Source: Utricularia gibba (lineage: Eukaryota; Plantae; Magnoliophyta). Taken from it: 64,000 bases of DNA. The DNA lies in contig NEEC01000023.1 of the NCBI GenBank assembly GCA_002189035.1, forward strand, positions 744,001 through 808,000. The letters are read 5' to 3'. The notes beneath the pieces were generated by a model, which saw only the letters and a list, made by a program, of their open reading frames with translations, was not told the DNA's origin and did not search any database. How positions within the stretch are numbered: the stretch's first letter is position 1; the number at the start of each line of letters is the position of its first letter. This document shows, in pieces, positions 23,385-34,184 of this stretch. A program made the position numbers and the translations under genes.

Positions 23385-23990
23385 TAAGTTTCTGGATCTG
23401 GTCTGCTGATTATGTTATAGGAGTTACTTCGTAGTTTCCCGATTTTTTCATTCTAATTTGTTTTTCGGTAGATGCAATATGTGCAATATAGGCTTGTGAT
23501 TATGTTTTTTTCCTTTTTGAACGCTTCCTCGAGTTTTCTTGGTCGCTAGTATGGATTCGTATATGGATCTGGTTTGCGAATGATATTGTAAATAGTTACC
23601 TCGTAATTTCCGCCATTTTTTCTTAAAATTTACTATGGATGCAGTCTGGACAGTTAGGCTTGTGATTATGCTTTTCGTTTTTCCCCTTGGAACGCTTCCT
23701 TAAGTCTTTCTGATCCATTCAGATGTTAGTATACGTATCTGGTATGCAGAAGATGATTAAGTAGAGACTTGTTCAGCAATTACACTACTTTCTTACATTT
23801 CCTTTCCATAGACGCAATCTGTGCCTCTCGGTTTGTGATTATGAATTTTGTTTTGAAGAGGTGGGTTTTAAGGTCATTTTTTCCTTTGTTTGAAAACAAA
23901 CACGTGTAAAGGATAGTTTCTTGATCTATTCGTGTCGAGATGGTCATGTGCAGTTAGGTAGGTGATCATGAATTTTGTTTTATGATCTAT
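23385..23990. repeat. Degenerate tandem repeat, unit about 170-180 bp, 3 copies plus a partial fourth
   Basis: Recurrent blocks GGATCTGGT...GATGCA...TAGGCTTGTGATTATG...TTGAACGCTTCCT starting near 23385, 23563 and 23735, partial near 23935. Aligned by eye. Confidence 0.6.
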
Positions 23991-25698
23991 AGAGCGTGTC
24001 GTATGTCAATGACTTTCTTAGAATGTCGCTTACGAGAGAGTGGCTAGGTTCTAATAAAAAGATGCATCCTTATGGTCGATTCTTTGAGAGCTTTACGTAA
24101 ATTCGAGGCCTATGTACGACTCTCTTGTTAGTTTTTGGGGGGCTGGATATTAAAATTTTGAAACCCCAATTGTACAAACCCAAATAAGTTTAATACATGT
24201 ACAACTTTCTTGTTAGTCTAATTTAATGTGGTCCGGGAGTCTCTGTTACTGATATGTCCAGATCACTTGGGAAGCCTAATTAAACTGGCTCAAGTTTGGA
24301 AAAACAATAATTATGTTATAATTGTAAACAATAAATATTTTATTTATTGTAAATTATAAAATAATCACTTTTTAAAAAATATTTATGGCGCACCCGTGAC
24401 CACCTACCGAGCCTCATCATGACTCGCCTTGCCACGCCCGGCCCGAATTATTATTTATAACTGTTAACAAAATTGTATTAATATTCTTGTTATTTGATTA
24501 AATGCATGGTAAACCAATTAATCAAATATAAAAAAAACGGCATCAACATGATTCTAAAAAAGGAGGAAGTTCTAGTCAAATCTTCTCGCCCGTTGTGGTA
24601 GGTTGGCTTGGGGTTGGTGCTTCCTATTTGAGCGTATGTAGAAGACCTGAAAGTTTTCTTTTGCAACCCGGCCTGGACCATGAATGCGGTGTGACTTGTG
24701 GGCTGAAAACAGTATAAACAATACAATTATTAAAAAAATACAATTTAAAAACTATAATTGAATATGAATTCAAGAAATTTATGCATTTGATAAATTAAAC
24801 TAATATAAATCCCTAATCCATTAAATGTACTATAAAATTATATAAGTATTATTTCAAATTCACTCATAAAATATAATAATGATAAACAATACATGTGTAC
24901 AATAATCAATGTTTTAAACACAAATTCAATACGTTCCAGTTTAGTCACTATTTTCTATTGAATTTTTTTTTTTGCAATATATAGAAATGTATTTATCGTA
25001 ACAACGTAAATAATAAACTTACAATCACATAAGCATTACACAGACGATCACATAAATATTACACTTATACAATAATATGAACAATAGATTTATGGAATAA
25101 CAAAAATAACATACTCATGAAGTAGCATCAATTATACATTTCTAAAATAAAAAACTTTGTAGTAACATATGTAATTCACTTCTATAATAATACACATATA
25201 CAAAACATAAATAATATGATAATAATTCAAAATTTTTTTAATGTTCTGACCAATGAATCGAAACTATATAACGGTGTTTAAATACGAACATGAACTTGTG
25301 GGTGAAAGCTAACGTTTGTTTTTTTCAGCATGCAAACCTGATATATACACCACGACTTTTGACACATATCGGCCAAACATGACTGATTCCCGCAAACTCA
25401 AATATCGACGTGAATTAATACCTGTTAAACTGCGACCTGCTGTTGGGGGACGAGAGACCGGACATTCACAATAGCGTGATGTCTCTCCATACCTGCGGAA
25501 ACTAAGAAAAAGTCATCAGCTACGAGTGTAGATCAATTTCGGTAGGCTGTTCGTACGTTTCTAAGGAGTCTCGCCAGTGGACATCAGTTAACAGAAGATC
25601 CGTTGTTGCTTGCTACCCTGACGGGATTTATCATCTGAACCAAGGCATCAAGCCAATAAATAGCATAGTGACATTCACACCGGTTCAGGGATCTGAAA

Positions 25699-25994
25699 AT
25701 GATAACATAAAACCAACTCAACTATCTTTCAAGAAGTTAGAAAAAAAATATTGTGATAAAAATCCTCAATCGTGAGATCAAGACACAACATGCGGCGTCA
25801 AATGCCTTAGAACAAATCTCAGATTGAAAACCTTGATCATAATAAAAATATTATGATAACATAAAACCAACTCAACTATCTTTCAAGAAATCAGAAAAAA
25901 AATATTACGATAAAAATCCTCAATCGTGAGATCAAGACACAACATGCGGCGTCAAATGCCTCAGAACAAATCTCAGATTGAAAACCTTGATCAT
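25699..25994. repeat. Near-identical tandem duplication, two copies of about 142 bp, period 154 bp
   Basis: ATGATAACATAAAACCAACTCAACTATCTTTCAAGAA...CAAATCTCAGATTGAAAACCTTGATCAT at 25699-25840 and 25853-25994, with only a few mismatches. Confidence 0.92.
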
Positions 25995-26804
25995 GATGCC
26001 GAAATTCCATCCAAGCAAATCAATTAATTTTTGCAATTAAGTTTCAGTTCCATCTCATAAAACCTCAGATCTCATACGCTGAATTCACCCGCTTCATTAA
26101 TGGATTCTAGGAATCAAACTAGTGGTGTAATACAACTCCACAAACTCCGATTCAAGGAACTGTAAATGGAAACGACAAAACATCTACACAGCAAATTTGA
26201 AAACACAAATGATGATACAAAATCCTCAATCCAGAGATCGAGGATGAAATACTTCATTATTCCTACAACAATCGCTCGTTAGGTCCAAATAACTCGTAGA
26301 AATTTAGATTTGACAGATCGCAATCGATACAAACTTATAGCAAATGTAAATCATCGGTTCTAGTGTAATGATTCCATCTAATAAATTGATAAACGATACT
26401 ATTTGCTCTCAGGTCTGGCTTATCGTAATCAATAGAGAGAAAGCGCTACATCCTTAAACAAACCTTCATCGATCCCGTCCGATCATTATACGCCCTAGAT
26501 CTCACCATTCCAAGGCAGCACGAACCTCTCGCAGCACCGCTAGCAAAAGACCCACAGATCTCCACGTCGTCTTCGATCCGAAAGAGGAAAACCGCCGACT
26601 AAGAGAGAAATGAATTGAAATTGTAATCTCCGTATTGGCGCGCCTGCACGAGTGAGGTATTTATGGAACATTGGGATTAAAGTTGGGACCAAATATGGAA
26701 TATTAAAACATTGGAGGTGTATACTTGGTAATTTCGTGAAATGTTAGGATCGATGCGCATATTATTATTATTATTATTTTCAGAACCCCAGTGCCTCCGG
26801 ACTC

Positions 26805-28205
26805 ATGACGGAATTCGATCCCAGCCTCCTGGTTCAGCGAATAGTCGAGTTTGTCCAAGCATCGCCTCCGACATGGCAATCCGCCATCGTCAGCAACATT
26901 CTGATCTTAATCGTGGGCGCTCCGATTTTCAAGTTGGGTCTTTCATTTTCGGGCGTTGCGGCTGCCTTTTTGCTCGGGATTCTTACTTGGCGCGCTTTTG
27001 GCTCCGCAGGGTTCATCATTTTAGCTTCCTACTTCGTGATTGTGAGTTCAAAAACTGAATCCTTATTGTTATAGGGTTTTTCCAACCTCTGATCGGGTGT
27101 TGGGTGTTTGTCATGATTGTTAAGTCTGGTTGACTTTCGGATTACGGAAATCCTGGACGCGTTGATGGTTCTGGGATTGTTGGTCAATGTACTTTTCTCA
27201 CATCAGAACCAAGATTTTTTCCTGAAATTATGTAATTTACTTATAGATGTTGTTCGTAATGAGATTGGATTTTGAAGGGTACTGGGGTGACAAAGATGAA
27301 AATGGCTCAAAAGGAGAATGAAGGAGTTGCAGAAAAAAGTAAAGGAAGGAGGGGAGCTGGAAGTGTCGTTGGATCTAGTGCTGCTGGTTGTGTATGTGCA
27401 GCCTTGAGGATAAATTGTATAGGAGGGGATGCTCTTGTGCACATTTGGGAGCTGGGGTTCATTGCGAGTTTCTGCACTAAGTTGTGTGACACTGTTTCGA
27501 GTGAGATAGGAAAGGCATTTGGCAGAAACACGTGAGTTATCTCAAGATTGTCACTTCCTAGGCTATTTTGAATAGCTCTGGCCGTGAAGTAGAATAATGA
27601 ATCAGTAACATGACTTGATGGCTGAGCAAACGAAAAGATTGATACATTTTCATTCATTGCAGCTATCTGATCACAACATTCGAGATTGTTCCTCGTGGAG
27701 CAGAAGGTGCGGTTAGCATCGAGGGAACTATTGCCGGACTTGTAGCTTCTGTAATTCTTGCATCCGTTGGCTGCTTATTTGGCCAGGTAGAGTGTGATTT
27801 TGGGGTTGTGTAGCCTCAGTGCGTAGTTGCTTGTATCACAATAGCTGCTATATATCACTGCTCAATGTAATGATTTTACAATGCAAGTCTCCAAACAGAT
27901 TGATGCTTCAGAAGCTGTTGCATGTGTGATCGCCGCGCAGCTTGCTAACTTCGTGGAGAGCATCATAGGCGCCGCCTTTCAAGAGAAAGAAGGATTCCTA
28001 TGGGTTGGTTACCATGTTGTTGTCTTGGGAGGCAGGCAATATATATCCATGCATCTTTCTGCTCTCCCCTTCCAATCAACTGTTGTTTTACATGTTTCAG
28101 CTGAACAATCACGCCGTGAATGTGATCAACATCTCCACTGGCACCATTCTGGCAATCGCAATGCAGCGGGCTGTAGCAGGGCCGTACAGTAACTCACACA
28201 CCTGA
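26805..28205 (+). CDS. VTE6: VTE6-like (DUF92/TMEM19 family) phytyl-phosphate kinase homolog, lacking an evident plastid transit peptide
   Basis: 5 exons: 26805-27041, 27278-27531, 27663-27786, 27899-28003, 28101-28205. ASPPTWQSA, AAFLLGILTWRAFG, GRRGAGSVVGSSAAG, KLCDTVSSEIGK, VPRGAEGAVSIEGT, ANFVESIIGA and LNNHAVNVINIS. Confidence 0.88.
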
Positions 28206-29132
28206 TACTGATATACAGACAGAGTAGTTCATTTATTTGACTCGTCAGGCTTTGCTTTCGTTGTCCTAGAAGGTGTAGTAGTAGGTATTGTAGCAGTGCA
28301 GCCTTTTTAAGTATTTTTTGAGTTTTTACCCAAATAAATGCATAAACAGGAAATAAACTGTTGTGATAATGTAAAATAAAATAATTGGATCGTTTTAAAT
28401 ATAGATTGAATTATTTTTTGATTTAATCATAAATTTGGATTAAATGTTTTTTATATTGGATTGAAAATATTTTTTTAAAAAATAAAAATTATTATCTAAA
28501 CAAATTAAAGGGATTGAAATAAATATTATAGAAATACAATTTCCAAACGGCCGCGGCAATGCTGTGTTCGTACTAGCAACTGGAGAGTTTGGTCGGTGCC
28601 TAGAGACGAGGCATTTCTATCTTATACTCCCGCCATTTTCAACGTCCGAGAAACTGAACCTTCCGGGGTTAGGGCTTGTGATCACACTCCAAGGGCTCTT
28701 CAATCGTCTCTGATTTGCAAGTCTTCGACTTCAATAGCGAGTAATAAAGCTTCAGTTGAGAACTTGGCATCGTGGTAAATCGTCGGAACTCTGGTTTGAA
28801 TGCCGATGAATTTTGGAGTGCTTTCTGTTCACGAGTTTGTGTTCATTTTACACTGTTTTCGAATCTGGAGAGCCAAAATCTTGTATGATTTTTTTTTTGT
28901 GAGGAATAAGATTTTATATGCTTCTTGTCTTCATTCAACTTTGCTCTTAAGCCATTTCAGGAAACCACTTGCTTTACATAAGCTTCTCTTTTTCGGGTCG
29001 TTTTTTTTTTCTAGTATAATAAAGGTGTCTGTCCTGCTTTCTTTGTTAAAATGCTTTGTTTAAACTGGAAAGTTCACTAATTAGTAGGTTAAGGCACGTG
29101 CTTCTTGGTATATATCAACTTTGAGTGCTGAG

Positions 29133-30689
29133 ATGAGATGCAATGCATGCTGGCGAGAGTTGGAAGGACGAGCCATCACCACTACGTGTGGGCATATTTT
29201 GTGTATGGAGCTTACATTAACTAAATGGTTTTCATGTCTACTTCTTCACGTTGCTGCTACTTTAGATGCTTTCCTTAACTGTGTGAAAGGCCCTGAAGAT
29301 GCCAACAAGATAATAAGCAATGATGGCTCTTGCCCCATCTGTGATCAAGTACTCTCCAAAAGGTAAAAGGTGACAACTAGCTTTGAGTTTATGACGCCAA
29401 GTGAATTGTTCACGAATGGTGGAAGCTAATTTCATTTGAATATGATTTATGCTATTTTTCTAACCAGCCTTGTGAAGGCCATCGACATCAATCCAAATGA
29501 TGAATGGATAAATGTGAGAAGACTCTCTTAGAATAATTCATTTGTCTTTTTTGTTCTCTTGAAGTTCCCTAATTTGAATGCTGTGACGATCTCTCTGTGA
29601 TTTTCTTTTAATGTATATGGCACTCATCTTGCAGATGGTCATGGCTGGAGTTTCCCCTCAGATATGTATCCTACGTTCAATTATAGAGGAACTGCCTATG
29701 ATAATTGAGATTCTGGTTGATTTTTTTTTTTTTTCCAAAGTCATGTGTTTTCTCAACTTCTCTCAGTGATGAAGAGTGCCTATAGAAGCGTATCTTTTTA
29801 CATTGGGCAAAAGGAGTTAGAGATGCAGGTTAAAATGAGCAAAGTCGTTGCACAGTACCGGCAGAAATGTGAGTCCATGCAAGAGAAATTTACAGAAAAG
29901 TTAGAGCAGGTTTACACTGCCTACCAGAAAAAGAGCAAGCAGTGCCAGATGATGGAGCAGGAGATTGAAAGCTTATCAAAAGATAAGCAGGAGCTCCAAG
30001 AAAAATTTGCAGAGAATTGCAGGTGCAATCACTTTATTTCTCCATACAGAAGGCGTTTTTGGGGATTTTTTACACTGCTCAATTGCTACCAGACAGAAGA
30101 GAAAGCTTGAGGAAATGTATGATCTGGCAAGAACTGAACTCGAACCATTCAAACGATCTGCAATTCAGCCAGTGAACCACTTCTTTCCCCAACAAGACAA
30201 CGATTTGTTCCCATCCAGAATGGATCGGAGAGAGCCAATGAGAAGAGGTAAGAGTATTCCTTCCCACAGCCGTGCTAACATGTATATTTCCTCCAAATAT
30301 ACATGTTAACCATATGTGACAGATTGGCGGGTTCTCACCCCTGTTACTCCAGGGCCGAGAGAAGACGTTTGGCCTGGGAGGCGCAACAGCCCAAGCTCGG
30401 GTTTCGACATCTCCAGCGGCTCACCTTTAAAGCAGTCTGGCATTCCAATGGACGGCACTGCAACCAGAAACCTTGCTGCTCACGCCTCTTTCGGTGTGGC
30501 CAACAGAAGTGCCACCGGAAATCCTTCACAGACATTGAGGAATCTTATTCTTTCACCAATAAAGCGACCACAACTCTCCAGAAGTCGGCCTCAACTCTTC
30601 ACGTAAGCCTCTACCCTCACAATATTCTACTTTACATGTTCCTACGATCTCCGTGTTAACAGATTCCTGTTTTGTCATTCAGCCTGTAG
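29133..30689 (+). CDS. HEI10: HEI10/CCNB1IP1 RING E3 ligase, class I crossover factor
   Basis: MRCNACWRELEGRAITTTCGHILC...CPICDQVLSK, MAGVSPQI, MKSAYRSVSFYIGQKELEMQ coiled coil, and C-terminal TLRNLILSPIKRPQ...LFTL*. Confidence 0.96.
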
Positions 30690-31578
30690 AGAGATATTGT
30701 TGAAATCGTTGCATGCCTCCACCCCTAGGAATAACGAGACTTCAAAAGCCTGCATATATTTTTTTTTAATCAGATGATTATGCTAACAAATGATGATGCT
30801 TTTTTTTCTTTCTTTTTTTTTAATTCCGTAACCGTTCATCCCACATGAGCATGAGCAGACCGAAAGATAAGGCGTGGTGGGGCAATTTGCATAGTGGATC
30901 GATTCCTTTCAGCAAGTAAACCAAACCCATGGTGGGAAATACACTCACGAGTCGACTCATACAGGACACCGCTCTTTTTGGAATTCTTTATCAATAAAAA
31001 AGTGGCAAACGCCTTGGCTGACCCGTACGGCCACCATGTCTCTCTCCCACTCTCTGTTAGTTAATAAGCCAACTCGGCTCTCTTAATTAATGGGTTGGCT
31101 AATAAGTATGCTCCTTCTAAAAGTGGGGATTACTTTTGGAAAGTGCCAAGAAAAGGATGCCCCAGACCATACATGCTCCAGGATGTGCAGAATCGAGCAC
31201 ATGCGATTGAAAATTATAATGTAGAGAAGTGGATAAATTGTTATTCTTATTTACATAATTTTTGGTATTGGTGTTGGGTCGGTCCTGGTCCTGGTCCTGG
31301 TTTCGCTAAATCACAACGATATCTCTGTGACGTTCATGTGGGCGCGCGCACACACGACGATTCACACAAATCCACGTCCTCTCTCTCTCTCCGCCCTGCG
31401 TGTCTCTATATATACATACAGACAGATACAGCGCACGCCACAGACCTCCCGAACTCGACTGCAGCTCCAAGGAAGCCACCAGTTCATCCTGCAGCATCTC
31501 GTACGGACCGATTCATCTTTCCTTCTCTGGTTGAAACCTCCGCCGCATTCCGCGCGCGGTCGCCGATCGCCCTAACAG

Positions 31579-34145
31579 GTGATTTCCTTACTGCTTTCCT
31601 TTTTTCTTTTTCGTACATCGATTGGTAAATTTCAATCCGCCGGCGGTTTTCAGTTTTCACTTCACCGTTTCCATATTTTCTATATATATATGTATATATC
31701 AAGAAAAAGGAGCGCCTCCGGATTACTCTTTTGTGGAATAAAACAAAACGAGTATAAGCATTCGTACCTCTAGGATTGTGTAGAGGAAAGGCCAAGTCCG
31801 GAAAAGGCGCCAGCGTTGGGGTCCTTTAGGAAGGAATTCGTAGTTGATCTGTGCCGTCCGTTCATTTTATGAATATAATATTCATGGTCCCAACCCAAAC
31901 AAGATGTTGTGTTTTCCGCGGTGTATTCCATTTCGCACATTCAGCATCCATCTGTGAAAAAGAAGAGTTCAGCCACCTCTGGAATCATTCCCCATTTTCA
32001 TATTTAAAAAGCATTTGGCGTGAAACTGCCTAGATTTTAGGCCAGATTGAGAATCTCGTGTCAGTTAGACTTTTTTTGTATTTTATTTTAATTTTTAAAC
32101 AATCTAACACCTTCACTTGTAGATATATTTTTTTCATGGGTTTCGATAACGGAATAGTAGATTTCAACGATGACTTTATGGATTTACTCAATAACTGAGT
32201 AGGAGGTTTGGATGATGATCTAGTGGCTTATGCAGTGACTTGATGGGTGTTTTTTTGGGTGGGGTAGATTATTCAAGTTTAAGTAGTGGTTCCATGAATT
32301 TCGATAATTTTTTTCGATGATCATTTTTTTGATTTTGATACCAGGGGTTCCAATGGGATGATGGTTCGACATAGATTATGATAGTATATGATATGATAAT
32401 AAGGTTCCCATTTTAAATTAAAGAGAAAGATAAAATTATGATTTTTTTAAAAAAAATTAAAACATTTTAAAGCTGGAGGTGCTTTTCTCTTTTCATCGCC
32501 TTCCTTTGACTTGTTATTTTTTGGGCTTAGCTTAATCTCTCTGGTAAACGTCATTAGCGAGATTGGAAAAGAATTGATCGTGTGATTAGGTTAGGGTTTG
32601 TTTTTCTGGGTGCCATCTCGTTAGTCTCAGCAAAAAGGTGGTGAGATGTTACTGTGCGGGTCGGGCCCTGCGTCTGCATTTGGAAACGGATGCAGTGCTC
32701 TGGGTCAGTTTTTGTCCACTTGTCACTGCTGTAGAAAAGAGTGGGGATCCATTTCTGGTCCCATTCCTTTTCCCATCGCCCCCACCGAATCTTTCCCTAT
32801 TCCTGCATGTCTGATTTCCTGCCTATACTTTTTCTTCCGCCCCATCAAAAGTAAGAAGGAGAAAAAACTACCGGTAGTGGTGCGGGTACCGAAGAAGATG
32901 CGCATTTTAGAAAAAGCTGATTTGTTGTACACCACTTGCAGTGCGGATTGGGTCAGAGTTGGGTCACAGGGTGAAGGGGGATGCATCTGCCAGTGATGGA
33001 TGGATGTACTCGGGTAGAGAATTCTGACTCGGGTTTGGTTCCGGGTCGGAAAGCAACCCGACCATAGAGTCGGTCTCTTTTAGTTTAGGACTATGGTTTT
33101 ATTGGGACATGCCACCCCGGTTGCTGAGTTTGATTCGACAGCGGCATATATAGGAAGCAATTAGGATGATATCTCAGAGCACGGCTGTCGGTTTAGGCGA
33201 ATCGACCTGCGGGCACGTGTCTCTTTCATGGCCATAATAGAGTAGAGCAGGATGGGAATCCATTATTTATTATCCCTGCGTCATCTCGATATTCTATTAC
33301 AGCCGTCGTCCTCCATCCATGTCGTTACTGAGGGGAGTGTTGTGTTGATCGGCGGGAATGGAAGTCAGGTTCACGGCTACTCTATGGCAGGCGCAACCGA
33401 AGACTCATAATCGTCTTTATACTGCCCAAGTTGGTAGAAAAAAAAATTGAGAATTTCCCAAAGGTGTTTCGGTTGATTTATCCCCCTTATCACGTCATGG
33501 GGCTAACTTGTATCCCAAATGCCGAGCCTTGTTTGGAGCTGGGTAAAACCCTGGTGCCATATCGCTTGATGATGTCGATTCACAGTTGGAATTTTGACTA
33601 GAAGTAGATGATGAGCGTTTCAAGGATCAATCAGTGCCCACTGTCTCTCCGGTAGATCTGATATGATGTCCCTTTGTTATTTCTGTGGTACGTGTACCAA
33701 GGAGTTTGCTTTATATTGTTTTGCTAAACTTTTCGCTCGGAAGCTTTCGTTTTGGGGCTTCTTCTGCATGGGTCTGCTCCCGGGGCTCGTTGCCATGGTG
33801 TCAGCTTATTACTATGAGATCTTTTGTTTTGCATTGGCGCTGACGTACCCTCTTTTTCCGATTCGCTCGCTGTGGACATTAAGCCTGGTGTTGATTCCAT
33901 CAGCAGAGGTGCCTGGGGTTGATTAGGACCACCTCAAAAATTATGTGGATGGATTTATCACTTTGACAACAAGTCCTTAGCTCTCTGTTCTAATGTGTAT
34001 GTAGAATAAAGCTAATATACTACAATAACTTAAATCTTTTATTGTTTTTCGGATGACATTGTGTGATCAAAAGATGTCTATACTTTTTCTGTTTCACTTC
34101 TAATTTTTACCAATAAAAATGCAGGATTTTGCCAATAAAGTTCAG
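31579..34145 (+). other. About 2.6-kb 5'-UTR intron of TPS1 (leader exon about 31430-31578)
   Basis: TATA-like CTATATATA near 31406, an ATG-free pyrimidine-rich leader, donor AG|GTGATT at 31579, and acceptor TTCAG at 34145 (or TGCAG about 20 nt earlier) just before ATG 34185. Confidence 0.65.
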
Positions 34146-34184
34146 CTTCGTCAAAAGCCGTTGGGGAGATCTTAATCTGGCCAC

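Noticed and set aside
24150-25260. Second transposon in the AT-rich core between the two non-coding candidates
   Set aside because: GC-rich patches (GCCCGGCCCG, CCCGGCCTGG) are present, but I could not pair TIRs or find Helitron termini or a TSD.
25440-25690. miRNA or snoRNA in the minus-strand non-coding exon
   Set aside because: The hairpin is only about 37 nt, no known mature miRNA was recognised, and the C/D-like boxes lack a terminal stem or an identifiable rRNA guide.
26741-26804. Signal-peptide-like MRILLLLLFS encoded by the ATT microsatellite upstream of VTE6
   Set aside because: It is out of frame with VTE6. The +1 correction typical of this assembly's errors produces a stop rather than a fusion.
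33605-33662. Box C/D snoRNA (TGATGA...CTGA) in the TPS1 leader intron
   Set aside because: Too short, no terminal stem, and no recognisable antisense element; these motifs arise by chance.
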